Source: Clostridia bacterium
Lineage (GTDB): Bacteria; Bacillota; Clostridia; Oscillospirales; CAG-382
Assembly (NCBI GenBank): GCA_017456765.1
Contig: JAFTIR010000003.1
Coordinates: 34,198-98,197, forward strand
Length of the DNA: 64,000 nt
Direction: 5' to 3'
The notes under the pieces were generated by a model that saw nothing but the letters and a program-made list of their open reading frames with translations, was not told the DNA's origin and ran no database searches. Made by a program: the position numbers and the translations under genes. This document shows positions 25,701-34,600 of the stretch, piece after piece (position 1 is the stretch's first letter; each line of letters begins with the position of its first letter).

Positions 25701-28452
25701 AGCAGAGGAGCGTGATGGCAAGCTTATATATGACAGAAACAGATACGACATGCTTATGAGTGAGGCGAGAATTCTGAGCTTTTGTGCCGTTGCGCAAAGA
25801 TGCGTGCCGTCACAGCACTTAAAACACCTTTCAAGAAGATTTGTACAGGGCGACGGATATATGGGACTTGCCTCATGGAGCGGTACGGCGTTTGAGTTTT
25901 TCATGCCCGAAATTTTTATGCCTGCAAAGAGCACAAGCCTTGTATATGAGGCTTTGTGCTTTGCATACACAAATATACGAAAAAAAGGTGCGGGACACGG
26001 ACGCAAATATGTATTTGGCATATCCGAGAGCTGTTATAATGAATTTGATTCGGCGTCAAATTATAAATATCACGCCTTCGGTATTCCGGAAATTGCGGTG
26101 AATGTGTTTGAAAAGCAGAATGTCATTTCTCCCTATTCGTCGTTTCTCTGCCTTGATATGTCACCGGGTCATATCATGAAAAATCTTGAGAGACTTGAAA
26201 AAATGGGTGCATACGGAGAATACGGCTTTTATGAGAGTGTGGACTTTGAAAGACCGTCGGAAAACGGGCAGTATTCTCTTGTAAAATGCTTTATGTCGCA
26301 TCACGTGGGAATGAGTATTGCTTCGTGTGTAAATGTACTTTGCGACGGACTTGTGTCAGAGTGGTTTTTCAAAGATGAAAAAATGAAAAGTGCATATGAG
26401 CTGACACAGGAAAAGATTCCCTATGATGCCTATGTTAAAAAGAGCGCAAGACAGCACTATATCAAAAAAACGGGTGGTTTGCGAAGACGGCGTGAAAGCA
26501 GCTTTTCGGATGCCCTTATTGCAAAACTCTCCACATCAAAACTTGAAATCGTCTCAAAAAAAGGAAAACTTGACGTAAAGAACGATAATCTTTTACTTGC
26601 AAGAAAAAAATGCTTTCCCCACAGCCTTTCGTCCTTTGAGGTGACGGTAGAAATTGATGGCGAAAAATTCTTTTTCGACAAAAAATGCCGACTTTTATGC
26701 GACGACGGACAGATTGTGATGACAAAAACGCTCATACAGAATTGCGGCGACAAATTTGAGGCGGCACTGTCGGTGACGGCTGGCAACAACACCTGTGATA
26801 CCGTCAGAATGAGGGTGCGGCTTCGTCAGATGTCGGGCGATAGGAGCAAAAACGTCAACTTTTCCCTTTCGTTTTATCCGTTGCTTGACACAAAGCATAA
26901 CAGCAATGTCTGCTCGTTCTTTGATTCAAAGGACTTTGTACTTGATGCCGCAAATGACGGCACCGAGATATACTTCAGACGTTTTTCAAGCGGGATGTGT
27001 ATAGCTTCTTCTGTGATTGAGGGAAAAAATAAACGGGCGTCTGCAGAGGGCGAGAGGGCATCCCTTTCCTGTCTTGCCGAAAAGAAGGATGGGATAATGT
27101 GCTCGGAATTTGCCATTTGTCTCTCGGACAGTACAAAGTGTGTCCAGGTGGGACTTGTCAGGTGCAGAGAGGACAGTTTTTTGAGCGTAGCCCGAAAAAT
27201 GAGAGAAAATCAGCATAAAAGCCAAGATGAAACCTCCCTTTCTTCCCACGGCAAGCGCCTTACCGGTGTTCTTGGCTCGTCGGTGGTAAAGGAGGAAAGG
27301 AAAACCGATTATCCAATTAACAGCAGAGAATATCCCCTTTACCTCATAAGCTCTTGTAGATTTTCTGCGCTTTTGGGAGAAAAAAGCCTTGGTGTCAGCT
27401 TTGAAAATGATATAAATTGTGGCAGGGTCACAGCTTTTTCGGGCATTGATACGGATAATGTCCGCGGAGAGGTGCTCCTATTTGATGACGGATTTGATTT
27501 ATGTAAAAACAGCAAAAGTGCTGTGCTTTCGAATAACTGTGCAATATTCGAGGGCGAATACCGTGACACAAAGTACAGAGCGGATGTATATGTCTTGCCC
27601 GACGAGCCATGCAAAATCATAGTTGTGACGGGCGCAGAAAATGCTATGGTAAGCCTTAGGGTGAGTCCGTCAGACGAGTGCGAGGGTCAGCGTCATATAG
27701 GCGCAGGTCTTGTGTTCTTCGGCAAGAGTGGTGAACACAATTATGGCTTTGCTTTCGGTGTGAGCAAGGATGAAGACGGAGAATACGGAGCAAGTTATCT
27801 TTTGTCCGAGGATATACAGGTAAGGCTTGAAGCAAAGAAAAATAGCAGGTGCATATTCTGTATAGGAAAGGCAGACGAAGAAAAGGCAAAGGAAATATAT
27901 GACAGAATAAGAAATGACACCTGCCATGTAATCGAAAATTGCATAGAGTTTTCAAAAAGCATAAAAATCAAAGAAAATATGCCTGATGAAAGAATGAAAA
28001 GTATTCTCGCAAAATATTTTGTTTTTCCAAAAGACAAAGCCTGCAGGAGAGTTTTTGTGAAGAGCAGTGAGGAGCTGTTTCTTTTTGACTGTCTTATGCT
28101 GATGTTTTCGGATTTTCCTGAAAAGAAGGAGTATCTCATAAGGGCATTTGACACGACAGCTTTATCGGGAATTTCAAGATCTCTCTTGTGCCTTATTCTT
28201 TGTGAGTATGTAAGTCTGTCGGGGAATACGGGTGTTACAGAGCTGAAGGTGAGGGGAGAAACGCTTTACAAAAGGTGTCTGTCGTATCTCTCGGTTGACA
28301 GTGCGGCACAGGAGGAAAATGATATTTTTCTTTTGGCTCTCGAAAAGTTCTCTCTTCTTTGCAACACCTGTCAGGACTTGCGCACAGCACTTTCTCTCGA
28401 AGCAAAAATACAAAAAATCACAGAGAGGGGAAAAGGCGGCATTTTCCTGTGA
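22705..28452 (+). CDS. Giant membrane glycosyltransferase related to cyclic beta-1,2-glucan synthase (GT84-like plus cyclization-domain-like modules, degenerate or truncated GH94-like C-terminus)
   Basis: Carries DAD (24085..24093), QHRWIRGDIQN (24529..24552), SPTNIGLYL (25333..25359), LYNWYD (25474..25488) and a GH94 N-domain-like ENDINCGRVTAFSGIDTDNVRGEVLLFDDG (27403..27492). Hydrophobic segments lie near 23480-23580, 24640-24800 and 25050-25150. Start is set at ATG 22705, after the terminator. Confidence 0.7.
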   Translation: MLDLKTFSDILGAESKHKKDTCRHLVKKVKKTLGETRRLLYDDYELAEKSDREEAVWLYENFSHLEEVAKADTVTLKKLGRLLSRNGEPLFFGAFFYLLRKNAKLENEDIQSIVDLCNEYDGGISLQDTMSLLPLLRMCVCMRICECFLEGGSDKEQNDGENIRNLFFSLDELCFFDEEKVFKNNASEKFFFSDPSGLYKTVTPSTKALYRKNLIRLSHKFRTPQKELAAKIVKRCENNKDNDRHIGKYLCDKPCGGKTYMFLVFFMTILFTLLLCLISPVFAVSVVSVYGCSRLLADKFFVRFFVKDFTLPALELDKIPDGCGVMTVITSLLTGSKGEEELFEKLEIMYNSCGEKNAYFGLLCDLADSNEKEGESDREIIDSAQEKILMLRKKYGNRFFFFVRQREYSKSEEMYIAPERKRGAVNTLTKFLCGKGDGFGFGSIKPDEEICRNIKYIFTLDADTNLAFDCLRTMVGIMLHPQNKPVLDNDRCAVVEGYGILQPAMNPTLESSKRSFFSSVMCGHGGVDLYSSGGSDKTMAMFGRSIFCGKGMFDKDCFYEVLCGKNEFKKNSVLSHDAPEGARLRCAYVGDVTLTDSFPSEELSFYKRQHRWIRGDIQNIPFLFGYVETSDGSRIKNKIGIESKFFMWQNVYSALLPVFSLATLFVSAFCEGTVSSLLVSASLAVYILPFGYSVFMGAKRALWHNFRRVFYSEGIYTGIWTSFLRMLFRLCAIPKSAAVSLDAITRSAYRSLVSHKKTLEWTTAAQNDAEKRDGLLGYVKKNLVNAVCGTLLFTLSSSGFLKLLSLMWLFMPVFAYHSGKERKKQKRHIGEQERKKLKDYCSDMWKFFGENVSDSTNHLPTDNLSLYPERKISRMTSPTNIGLYLVSCLCAFRLGFVDKKEMCRRIYSCLESVNELEKYKGLLYNWYDIFRKEPMTPRYISSVDLGNYVACLICVKEGIRELAKDGEESEKIFLLCQKLIKEADLSLLFDNTRKLFYIGAEERDGKLIYDRNRYDMLMSEARILSFCAVAQRCVPSQHLKHLSRRFVQGDGYMGLASWSGTAFEFFMPEIFMPAKSTSLVYEALCFAYTNIRKKGAGHGRKYVFGISESCYNEFDSASNYKYHAFGIPEIAVNVFEKQNVISPYSSFLCLDMSPGHIMKNLERLEKMGAYGEYGFYESVDFERPSENGQYSLVKCFMSHHVGMSIASCVNVLCDGLVSEWFFKDEKMKSAYELTQEKIPYDAYVKKSARQHYIKKTGGLRRRRESSFSDALIAKLSTSKLEIVSKKGKLDVKNDNLLLARKKCFPHSLSSFEVTVEIDGEKFFFDKKCRLLCDDGQIVMTKTLIQNCGDKFEAALSVTAGNNTCDTVRMRVRLRQMSGDRSKNVNFSLSFYPLLDTKHNSNVCSFFDSKDFVLDAANDGTEIYFRRFSSGMCIASSVIEGKNKRASAEGERASLSCLAEKKDGIMCSEFAICLSDSTKCVQVGLVRCREDSFLSVARKMRENQHKSQDETSLSSHGKRLTGVLGSSVVKEERKTDYPINSREYPLYLISSCRFSALLGEKSLGVSFENDINCGRVTAFSGIDTDNVRGEVLLFDDGFDLCKNSKSAVLSNNCAIFEGEYRDTKYRADVYVLPDEPCKIIVVTGAENAMVSLRVSPSDECEGQRHIGAGLVFFGKSGEHNYGFAFGVSKDEDGEYGASYLLSEDIQVRLEAKKNSRCIFCIGKADEEKAKEIYDRIRNDTCHVIENCIEFSKSIKIKENMPDERMKSILAKYFVFPKDKACRRVFVKSSEELFLFDCLMLMFSDFPEKKEYLIRAFDTTALSGISRSLLCLILCEYVSLSGNTGVTELKVRGETLYKRCLSYLSVDSAAQEENDIFLLALEKFSLLCNTCQDLRTALSLEAKIQKITERGKGGIFL

Positions 28453-28480
28453 ATTGTTTGTAAATAAAGAAAAATATTCA

Positions 28481-28509
28481 TTTACACAAAAGCAAAAGAG
28501 AGGTATAAT
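28481..28509 (+). promoter_or_regulatory. Sigma-A promoter for the M16 peptidase pair
   Basis: TTTACA (28481..28486), 17 nt, TATAAT (28504..28509). Confidence 0.5.
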
Positions 28510-28557
28510 TATTCTGTTATAGTATAATTAGTTATCTTATGTAACCGAAAGGAAAAG

Positions 28558-29853
28558 ATGATAATGCAGAAAATCAGTATTTCCGACGGAATAAACCTCG
28601 GATATATAAATGAGACAAAATTCAAGACCAACTTTTTCAAGGTTTGCTTCTGTATTGACCTTGAGAGAGAATATACTACAAATCTCTCGCTTTTGTCGGG
28701 TGTGCTTATGCGTGCAAGTAAAAATTATCCCGGCATTTCCGAGATAAATAACAGACTCGATTACCTCTATGACATGAATGTGTCCTGTGGCACCTATAAG
28801 AGAGGGGAACGACTCTTTTTAAGCTACGAGTGCGATTTTCTCAAGAATGAATTTCTTCCCGATGCGAGTGAAAATCTTCTTTCCGAGGCACTCGGAATGT
28901 TTGGAGAGCTTATTTTCAATCCTTACCTTGTCGACGGCGGGTTTGATAAAAAAATTCTCGACAGCGAAAAGACCGACCTTGCAAACTCCATAAAGTCGCT
29001 TATCAACTATAAGAACGCATACGTAAAGGAAAAGTGCATCGAAACTCTCTGTGAGGGAGAAAAATTCAGCATAAGCGAGCAAGGGTCTTTAGAGGATATA
29101 GAAAAGATTGATGAAAAGAGCCTATATGATTTCTATAAGTGGCTTGTAAACTCTGCAAGGATTGAAATTGTGTTTATAGGCGAGGCTGATGCAGAAAAGC
29201 TCGCTGAGGATTTCAGAAAAATTTTGTGTGAAAACACACAAAGAGCCCCTGTTGAAATTTGCGATACCTTTATAACGGGACAAACGAAAAAAGAGGTTTG
29301 CCATAAGACCGAGAAAATGGAAGTCAATCAGGGAAAACTTGCCCTTGGTTTTAAGACGGGTGTCAGCGTTACGGATGAGGATTGCACCGCCATGTCCCTC
29401 TTTGCCGAGATTTTCGGCGGCTCACCCATGAGTAAACTGTTTATGAATGTACGTGAAAAGCTGAGCCTTTGCTACTATTGCAGGGCGAGCCTTGATTCCT
29501 ATAAGGGAATTATGCTTGTGCTTTCGGGAATACAGTCCAAAAACAAGGATAAATCCTTTGAAGCAATAATGAAAGAGCTTTCTGACATTCAAAGCGGCAT
29601 TGTTTCGAAGGATGAATTCGAAGCTGCAAAGCTCTCTCTTATCAACAGCTACAAAACACTTGATGACAGCCCCGCGGCTCTTTCGGCATGGTATGTTTCA
29701 AGAGCCATGTGCGGCAGTAATCTTGAAGTACATGAGGTTGTTGAAAAAATTCAGGGCACTACCCTTAAAGAAGTCGTTGAAGTTTCTAAAAAGGTAAAAC
29801 TTGATACAGTTTACTTCCTTGAGGGCGACGACAGAGAGGAGGCGGCAGAGTAA
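28558..29853 (+). CDS. M16-family (pitrilysin/insulinase-like) protein, non-catalytic partner (no HxxEH)
   Basis: About 430 aa with M16 fold-like length and a conserved C-half, but no HxxEH zinc motif. It is paired with a catalytic M16 gene 1 nt downstream, as in YmfF/YmfH-type pairs. Confidence 0.75.
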   Translation: MIMQKISISDGINLGYINETKFKTNFFKVCFCIDLEREYTTNLSLLSGVLMRASKNYPGISEINNRLDYLYDMNVSCGTYKRGERLFLSYECDFLKNEFLPDASENLLSEALGMFGELIFNPYLVDGGFDKKILDSEKTDLANSIKSLINYKNAYVKEKCIETLCEGEKFSISEQGSLEDIEKIDEKSLYDFYKWLVNSARIEIVFIGEADAEKLAEDFRKILCENTQRAPVEICDTFITGQTKKEVCHKTEKMEVNQGKLALGFKTGVSVTDEDCTAMSLFAEIFGGSPMSKLFMNVREKLSLCYYCRASLDSYKGIMLVLSGIQSKNKDKSFEAIMKELSDIQSGIVSKDEFEAAKLSLINSYKTLDDSPAALSAWYVSRAMCGSNLEVHEVVEKIQGTTLKEVVEVSKKVKLDTVYFLEGDDREEAAE

Positions 29854-29854
29854 A

Positions 29855-31123
29855 ATGGCATTTACACTTAAGGAAAACAAATCAATAGGCGAGAAGTATT
29901 ATTATTCAAAGCATAAAAGCGGACTTTCGGTTTATGTGTTCCCAAAGGAAATGGGAACGAGCTATGCTGCATTTGCCACAAAGTTCGGCTCGGTTGACTG
30001 CAAATTCAAAACAAACGGAAAAGATGTAACCCTTCCCGACGGTGTTGCGCATTTCCTCGAGCATAAAATGTTTGAAAACTCCGACGGACGTGACACCTTT
30101 GAGCTTTACGCAAAAACAGGTGCTTCCGCCAACGCATACACATCAAATAACCGTACGGTTTATCTTTTCTCGGCGGCGGACAACATCTATGAATCCCTTG
30201 AAATTCTTCTCGGCTTTGTGACAGACCCCTACTTTTCAAAGGAAACCATAGCCAAGGAGCAGGGCATTATCGGTCAGGAAATAAGAATGTATGACGACAA
30301 CCCGGATTGGCAACTGTATTCCGGTATGCTTGAGGGAATGTTTGTGAATAACCCGGTAAGAATTGATATTGCGGGTACAGTCGAAAGTATTGCAGAGATT
30401 ACTCCCGAAACGCTTTTTGATGCATATAACACCTTCTATAACCTTGATAATATGGTGCTTGTCGTAAGCGGCAGAGTAACGCCGGAGGATGTAGAAAAGG
30501 TTTGCGATAAAATACTTGAATATACCCCCGCGCCCGAAAAGCAAAGAATCTATCCGGATGAGCCAAAGAAGGTAAATAAAGAATTTGTAACAAGAAAAAT
30601 GCCCGTATCAATGCCTATGTTTTCGGTTGGTATCAAGGATAACAGCTGTCCCATGACGGGAATGGAACTCGGCAAAAAGAGGGCGGCATACGGAATTCTC
30701 ATGGATATGATGTTCTCAAAATCCGCACCGTTTTATACAAGACTTATGGATGATGGTCTCATAGATTCGGGATTTTCATTCTCCTATGAGGGACACGAAA
30801 CTTTCGGATACGCAGAGCTTTCGGGAAATTCCGACGAGCCGAGACGTGTCTATGAGGAAATTAAAAAGGAAATTGAGTTTTATAAGCAGAAAGGACTTGA
30901 CAGAGATGCGTTTGAGAGAATAAAGAGGGCGAATTTTGCACATCTTCTCAGAATGTTCAATTCCACAGACGATATTGCAAATGAAATGGTTTCTGCAATC
31001 TTTGACGGGCTTGATATACTCGATTATCCCGAAATCTGTGCCTCTGTAACTTTTGATGACGTAACAGAACTTCTTCATAATAATTTTTCCGAATTTACAC
31101 TTTCGGAAATTTATCCTCTTTAA
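29855..31123 (+). CDS. M16B zinc peptidase (catalytic subunit)
   Basis: The inverted zinc-binding motif GVAHFLEHKMFE (HxxEH) is present. ATG 29855 lies 1 nt after the upstream stop. Confidence 0.85.
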   Translation: MAFTLKENKSIGEKYYYSKHKSGLSVYVFPKEMGTSYAAFATKFGSVDCKFKTNGKDVTLPDGVAHFLEHKMFENSDGRDTFELYAKTGASANAYTSNNRTVYLFSAADNIYESLEILLGFVTDPYFSKETIAKEQGIIGQEIRMYDDNPDWQLYSGMLEGMFVNNPVRIDIAGTVESIAEITPETLFDAYNTFYNLDNMVLVVSGRVTPEDVEKVCDKILEYTPAPEKQRIYPDEPKKVNKEFVTRKMPVSMPMFSVGIKDNSCPMTGMELGKKRAAYGILMDMMFSKSAPFYTRLMDDGLIDSGFSFSYEGHETFGYAELSGNSDEPRRVYEEIKKEIEFYKQKGLDRDAFERIKRANFAHLLRMFNSTDDIANEMVSAIFDGLDILDYPEICASVTFDDVTELLHNNFSEFTLSEIYPL

Positions 31124-31128
31124 GTGAG

Positions 31129-31995
31129 GTGCGAGTTTTGAATTTGTCGACAATATCTTTTCCGGGTCTCGGTATTTCCCCCTTCAATCTTGACAGGGTT
31201 GCGCTAAGATTCGGAAATGTAGAAATTTATTGGTATGGAATAATAATTTGTCTTGGTATAATCCTCGGCTTTGCCGTAGCATACCTCAGAATGAAGAAAA
31301 TATCGGTAACAACCGATGACCTTGCGGATATTGCCCTTATCTGTGTGCCGAGTGCCATAGTGGGCGCAAGACTTTACTATGTTCTTGCGGAGCTTGAAAG
31401 CTATAATTCTTTTTATGAGATGATAGCAATATGGAACGGCGGACTTGCAATTTACGGCGGTGTAATAGGCGGAGTTTTGGCATTTACTCTTGTATGCAAG
31501 TACAAGAAAAAGCCGCTTCTTAAAATGTATGACTGCGCTGCGCCCGGTCTTATTCTCGGGCAGATAATAGGCAGGTGGGGGAACTTTTTCAATGCCGAGG
31601 CATACGGAATTTCGGAAAGCTATGATTTTTTCGGTGCAAAATTTGATATTTCGCACTTAAGCTCAAAGAATCCCCTCAGAATGACAATAGACGGCACGCT
31701 CGTTCATCCTACGTTCCTCTATGAATCCCTCTGGAATCTTTTGGGGTTTGTACTCATGAATGTGTTTTTCAAAAAACGTGCTTTTGATGGCGAGGTACTG
31801 CTCTGGTATCTCACCTGGTACGGACTTGGCAGAAGTCTTATTGAAGGACTTCGCGGAGACAGCCTTTATGCAGGAAGCATCAGAGTATCACAGCTTGTGG
31901 CATTTGTTTGCTTTGTGCTCGGACTTTGTGCAATAGTTGCTTTAAGAATAAAAGTGTTTAACGAAAGGAAAAAAGAAAATGGCAGTAATAATTGA
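31129..31995 (+). CDS. lgt: Prolipoprotein diacylglyceryl transferase
   Basis: Carries YGIIICLGIILG, IGRWGNFFNAEAYG and HPTFLYESLWN, all typical of Lgt. Confidence 0.9.
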   Translation: MRVLNLSTISFPGLGISPFNLDRVALRFGNVEIYWYGIIICLGIILGFAVAYLRMKKISVTTDDLADIALICVPSAIVGARLYYVLAELESYNSFYEMIAIWNGGLAIYGGVIGGVLAFTLVCKYKKKPLLKMYDCAAPGLILGQIIGRWGNFFNAEAYGISESYDFFGAKFDISHLSSKNPLRMTIDGTLVHPTFLYESLWNLLGFVLMNVFFKKRAFDGEVLLWYLTWYGLGRSLIEGLRGDSLYAGSIRVSQLVAFVCFVLGLCAIVALRIKVFNERKKENGSNN

Positions 31996-32833
31996 CGGAA
32001 AAGCAGTAAGTGCAAAACTGCGTGAAGAAATAAAAAACGAAAGCGCCGCTTTTGAAAAGGAAACGGGCATAAGACCCGGTCTTGCGGTAATCATTGTGGG
32101 TGATGACCCTGCGAGCCAGATTTATGTAAGGAATAAGGGCAAGGCTTGTGAAGAGGTGGGCTTTTACAGTGAAATTCACAGACTTGCTGCAGAAACAACA
32201 GAAGAGGAGCTTCTCTCTCTTGTACATAGACTCAATGCTAACGACAAAATTCACGGCATACTTGTACAGTCTCCGCTTCCTTCCCACCTTGACGAAGCAC
32301 TTATAGTAAACAACATCGACTACAACAAGGACGTGGATGCTTTTCACCCCGTAAACGTCGGAAAAATTATGCTTGGCGACTATAATTTCCTGCCCTGTAC
32401 ACCTGCAGGCGTTATGGAACTTTTAAAGGCATACGACATTGACGTAACAGGCAAAGAGGTTGCTGTTGTGGGAAGAAGCAACATTGTCGGCAAACCCCAG
32501 GCAATGCTCATGCTTCATGCAAATGCGACAGTTACAATCTGTCATTCAAGAACAAAGAACCTTTCGGAAGTGTTAAGAAGAGCAGATGTTGTTGTCATGG
32601 CAATCGGCAAGGCTAAGTTTTTGAAGGCTGACATGATAAAGGACGGAGCTGTTGTAATCGATGTCGGCATGGATAGGGATGAAAACGGCAAGCTCTGCGG
32701 CGACGTAGATTTTGAAGAGTGCGAAAAGAAGGCATCCTACATCACTCCCGTACCCGGCGGAGTAGGTCCGATGACAATAACAATGCTCATGAAAAACACC
32801 CTGACAGCGGCAAAGACATCGGTGAAAAAATAA
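31979..32833 (+). CDS. folD: Bifunctional 5,10-methylene-THF dehydrogenase / methenyl-THF cyclohydrolase
   Basis: Carries IIDGKAVSAKLREEI, GILVQSPLP, VVGRSNIVGKP and TPVPGGVGPMT. Confidence 0.93.
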   Translation: MAVIIDGKAVSAKLREEIKNESAAFEKETGIRPGLAVIIVGDDPASQIYVRNKGKACEEVGFYSEIHRLAAETTEEELLSLVHRLNANDKIHGILVQSPLPSHLDEALIVNNIDYNKDVDAFHPVNVGKIMLGDYNFLPCTPAGVMELLKAYDIDVTGKEVAVVGRSNIVGKPQAMLMLHANATVTICHSRTKNLSEVLRRADVVVMAIGKAKFLKADMIKDGAVVIDVGMDRDENGKLCGDVDFEECEKKASYITPVPGGVGPMTITMLMKNTLTAAKTSVKK

Positions 32834-33348
32834 TGAAAAGCGTAATTTTAATCGGTATGCCGGGCTGCGGAAAGAGTACACTCGGTGTAATACTTGCAAA
32901 AGAACTCGGTCTTGACTTTGTGGATACGGATATTGTTATCCAGAAAAGAACGGGAGAGCTTTTGCAGAACACCCTCGAAAGAGTAGGTGTTGAGGGACTT
33001 CTTGATGAAGAAGAAAAGGCAATTCTCGACCTTGACCTGTCGGTTCCCCTTGTTGTTTCCACGGGCGGAAGTGCTGTGCTCAGAGAGAGAAGCATGAAAC
33101 ACCTTAAGAAGAACGGGACTTGCGTTTACATAAGGGTGACGGCAGAGGCAATCGAAAAACGCATAAACAACAGGGATTCAAGGGGAATTGCCGCAGAAAA
33201 GAACGAAACCTTGCAGGATATATACAATTTCAGAACTCCTTTTTACGAGAAATATGCAGATGTATGCGTCGATTGTACAGAAAAAGATGTTCAGGAAAAT
33301 GTTGAAAGTATAAAAAAAGCACTTAAAGAAACGTTCTCTTTTGGATAA
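32833..33348 (+). CDS. aroK: Shikimate kinase
   Basis: The P-loop is ILIGMPGCGKSTLG. ATG 32833 overlaps the folD stop (TAATG), and the track's longer ORF overlaps folD out of frame. Confidence 0.88.
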   Translation: MKSVILIGMPGCGKSTLGVILAKELGLDFVDTDIVIQKRTGELLQNTLERVGVEGLLDEEEKAILDLDLSVPLVVSTGGSAVLRERSMKHLKKNGTCVYIRVTAEAIEKRINNRDSRGIAAEKNETLQDIYNFRTPFYEKYADVCVDCTEKDVQENVESIKKALKETFSFG

Positions 33349-33470
33349 TGATGTAACACTTGCCCGAAAATTTGAAAAAAGGGTATTGCATTTGACGGGC
33401 GTATGTGATATACTTAGTGAGTAGGAAATTATACTTATAAGTGTGATTATTTTTGAGTGAGAGGTTAAAA

Positions 33471-34583
33471 ATGGAAAAGAAAGAAATAACAATACTTGAC
33501 CTTGTGAAGATTGCTCTTAACTGGATATGGGTGCTTCTTCTCGGCGGAGCTATATGTGCGGCTGTTGCATTCTTTTACAGTACAAAGATGGTTACTCCCA
33601 TGTATTCGGCATCGTCAAAGTACGTAGTTCAGGCAAAGGGTCAGGAAGCGACAAGCGATGACATACTTGCCAGCCAGAGAGTTGTAGCTTATGCACAGCT
33701 TGTTGTCGGTACATATGTAGATATTCTTAATACGCGTGATTTTGCTGTTGATGTTGCAAATTACATGAACGGTGAATACCCCGAAAAAGAATATTCCGCA
33801 GAAGGCAAACAGAAAATAATCAACGCATCAATAAGACAGGCAATATTTGAGGACGGAGGTCTTGTAGAGGGCGGAAAATTCGATGCAATAATAGATGCTC
33901 TCGTTGATGCAAAAATCATTGATGATGAGAGCTATAAGACTCTTCCTGTAAGAGAAGCGGCAAAAAATCTTATTGAAGGTGCTTCGGTATTAACCGACGA
34001 AAGATTTGATCTGGAAGTTATCGATGGCATTGCAAGCGGAAAGATTATACCTGATGTGGTTTATTCCGAAGATCAGCTTTTCGCGGGAATTTCCAATAAG
34101 GATAGAACGGTAATTGATGAAATCAGAGATTTGCTTGGTAACAAAGAGTATGATTACAGAAGAATAAAGGGAATGATTAGCTTTAGTTCTGCGGAGGAAA
34201 GTACAACCTTTACCATAACGGTAAAAAGCGATGATGCAGACGAAGCGTATTTTGTTGCAAGAGTTTGTGAAATAATAATTCCCAGTTATATCGAATCACA
34301 CTATCCCGGCTCGGGTCTTGTATCCACAATTGACAGTGCCGTATATAATCCCGGTCCCATAAACAACAATACAGCTCTTTTAACACTTGTAGGTTTTGTT
34401 GCAGGCTTTGTTCTTGCATTCGTTGTCGTATACATAATTGAACTTGCCGACAACAGAATAAAGAACCAGGAGGAGCTTGCAGAAAAGACAGGTCTTTCCG
34501 TAATGGGTATTATTCCCGATGTTCAGTATGAAAAGAATAACGTCAGTCCGTACGCAAATGCTCACGGAAAGAAATTTAAATAA
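33471..34583 (+). CDS. Wzz/CpsC-type polysaccharide co-polymerase (BY-kinase transmembrane activator) with an enlarged extracytoplasmic domain
   Basis: N-terminal TM helix (ALNWIWVLLLGGAICAAVAFFY) and C-terminal TM helix (LLTLVGFVAGFVLAFVVVYIIEL), followed by an activator tail. GAGAGG precedes ATG 33471. Confidence 0.75.
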   Translation: MEKKEITILDLVKIALNWIWVLLLGGAICAAVAFFYSTKMVTPMYSASSKYVVQAKGQEATSDDILASQRVVAYAQLVVGTYVDILNTRDFAVDVANYMNGEYPEKEYSAEGKQKIINASIRQAIFEDGGLVEGGKFDAIIDALVDAKIIDDESYKTLPVREAAKNLIEGASVLTDERFDLEVIDGIASGKIIPDVVYSEDQLFAGISNKDRTVIDEIRDLLGNKEYDYRRIKGMISFSSAEESTTFTITVKSDDADEAYFVARVCEIIIPSYIESHYPGSGLVSTIDSAVYNPGPINNNTALLTLVGFVAGFVLAFVVVYIIELADNRIKNQEELAEKTGLSVMGIIPDVQYEKNNVSPYANAHGKKFK

Positions 34584-34600
34584 TTTTTCAGAAAGGACAA

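Noticed and set aside
28558-31123. The M16 peptidase pair as part of a RiPP (AlbE/AlbF-like) system linked to the PqqD-like genes.
   Set aside because: The pair lies more than 10 kb from the RRE-like genes and is flanked by housekeeping lgt-folD-aroK. This inactive-plus-active arrangement is the common YmfF/YmfH-type housekeeping pair of Firmicutes. No precursor or radical-SAM gene is adjacent.
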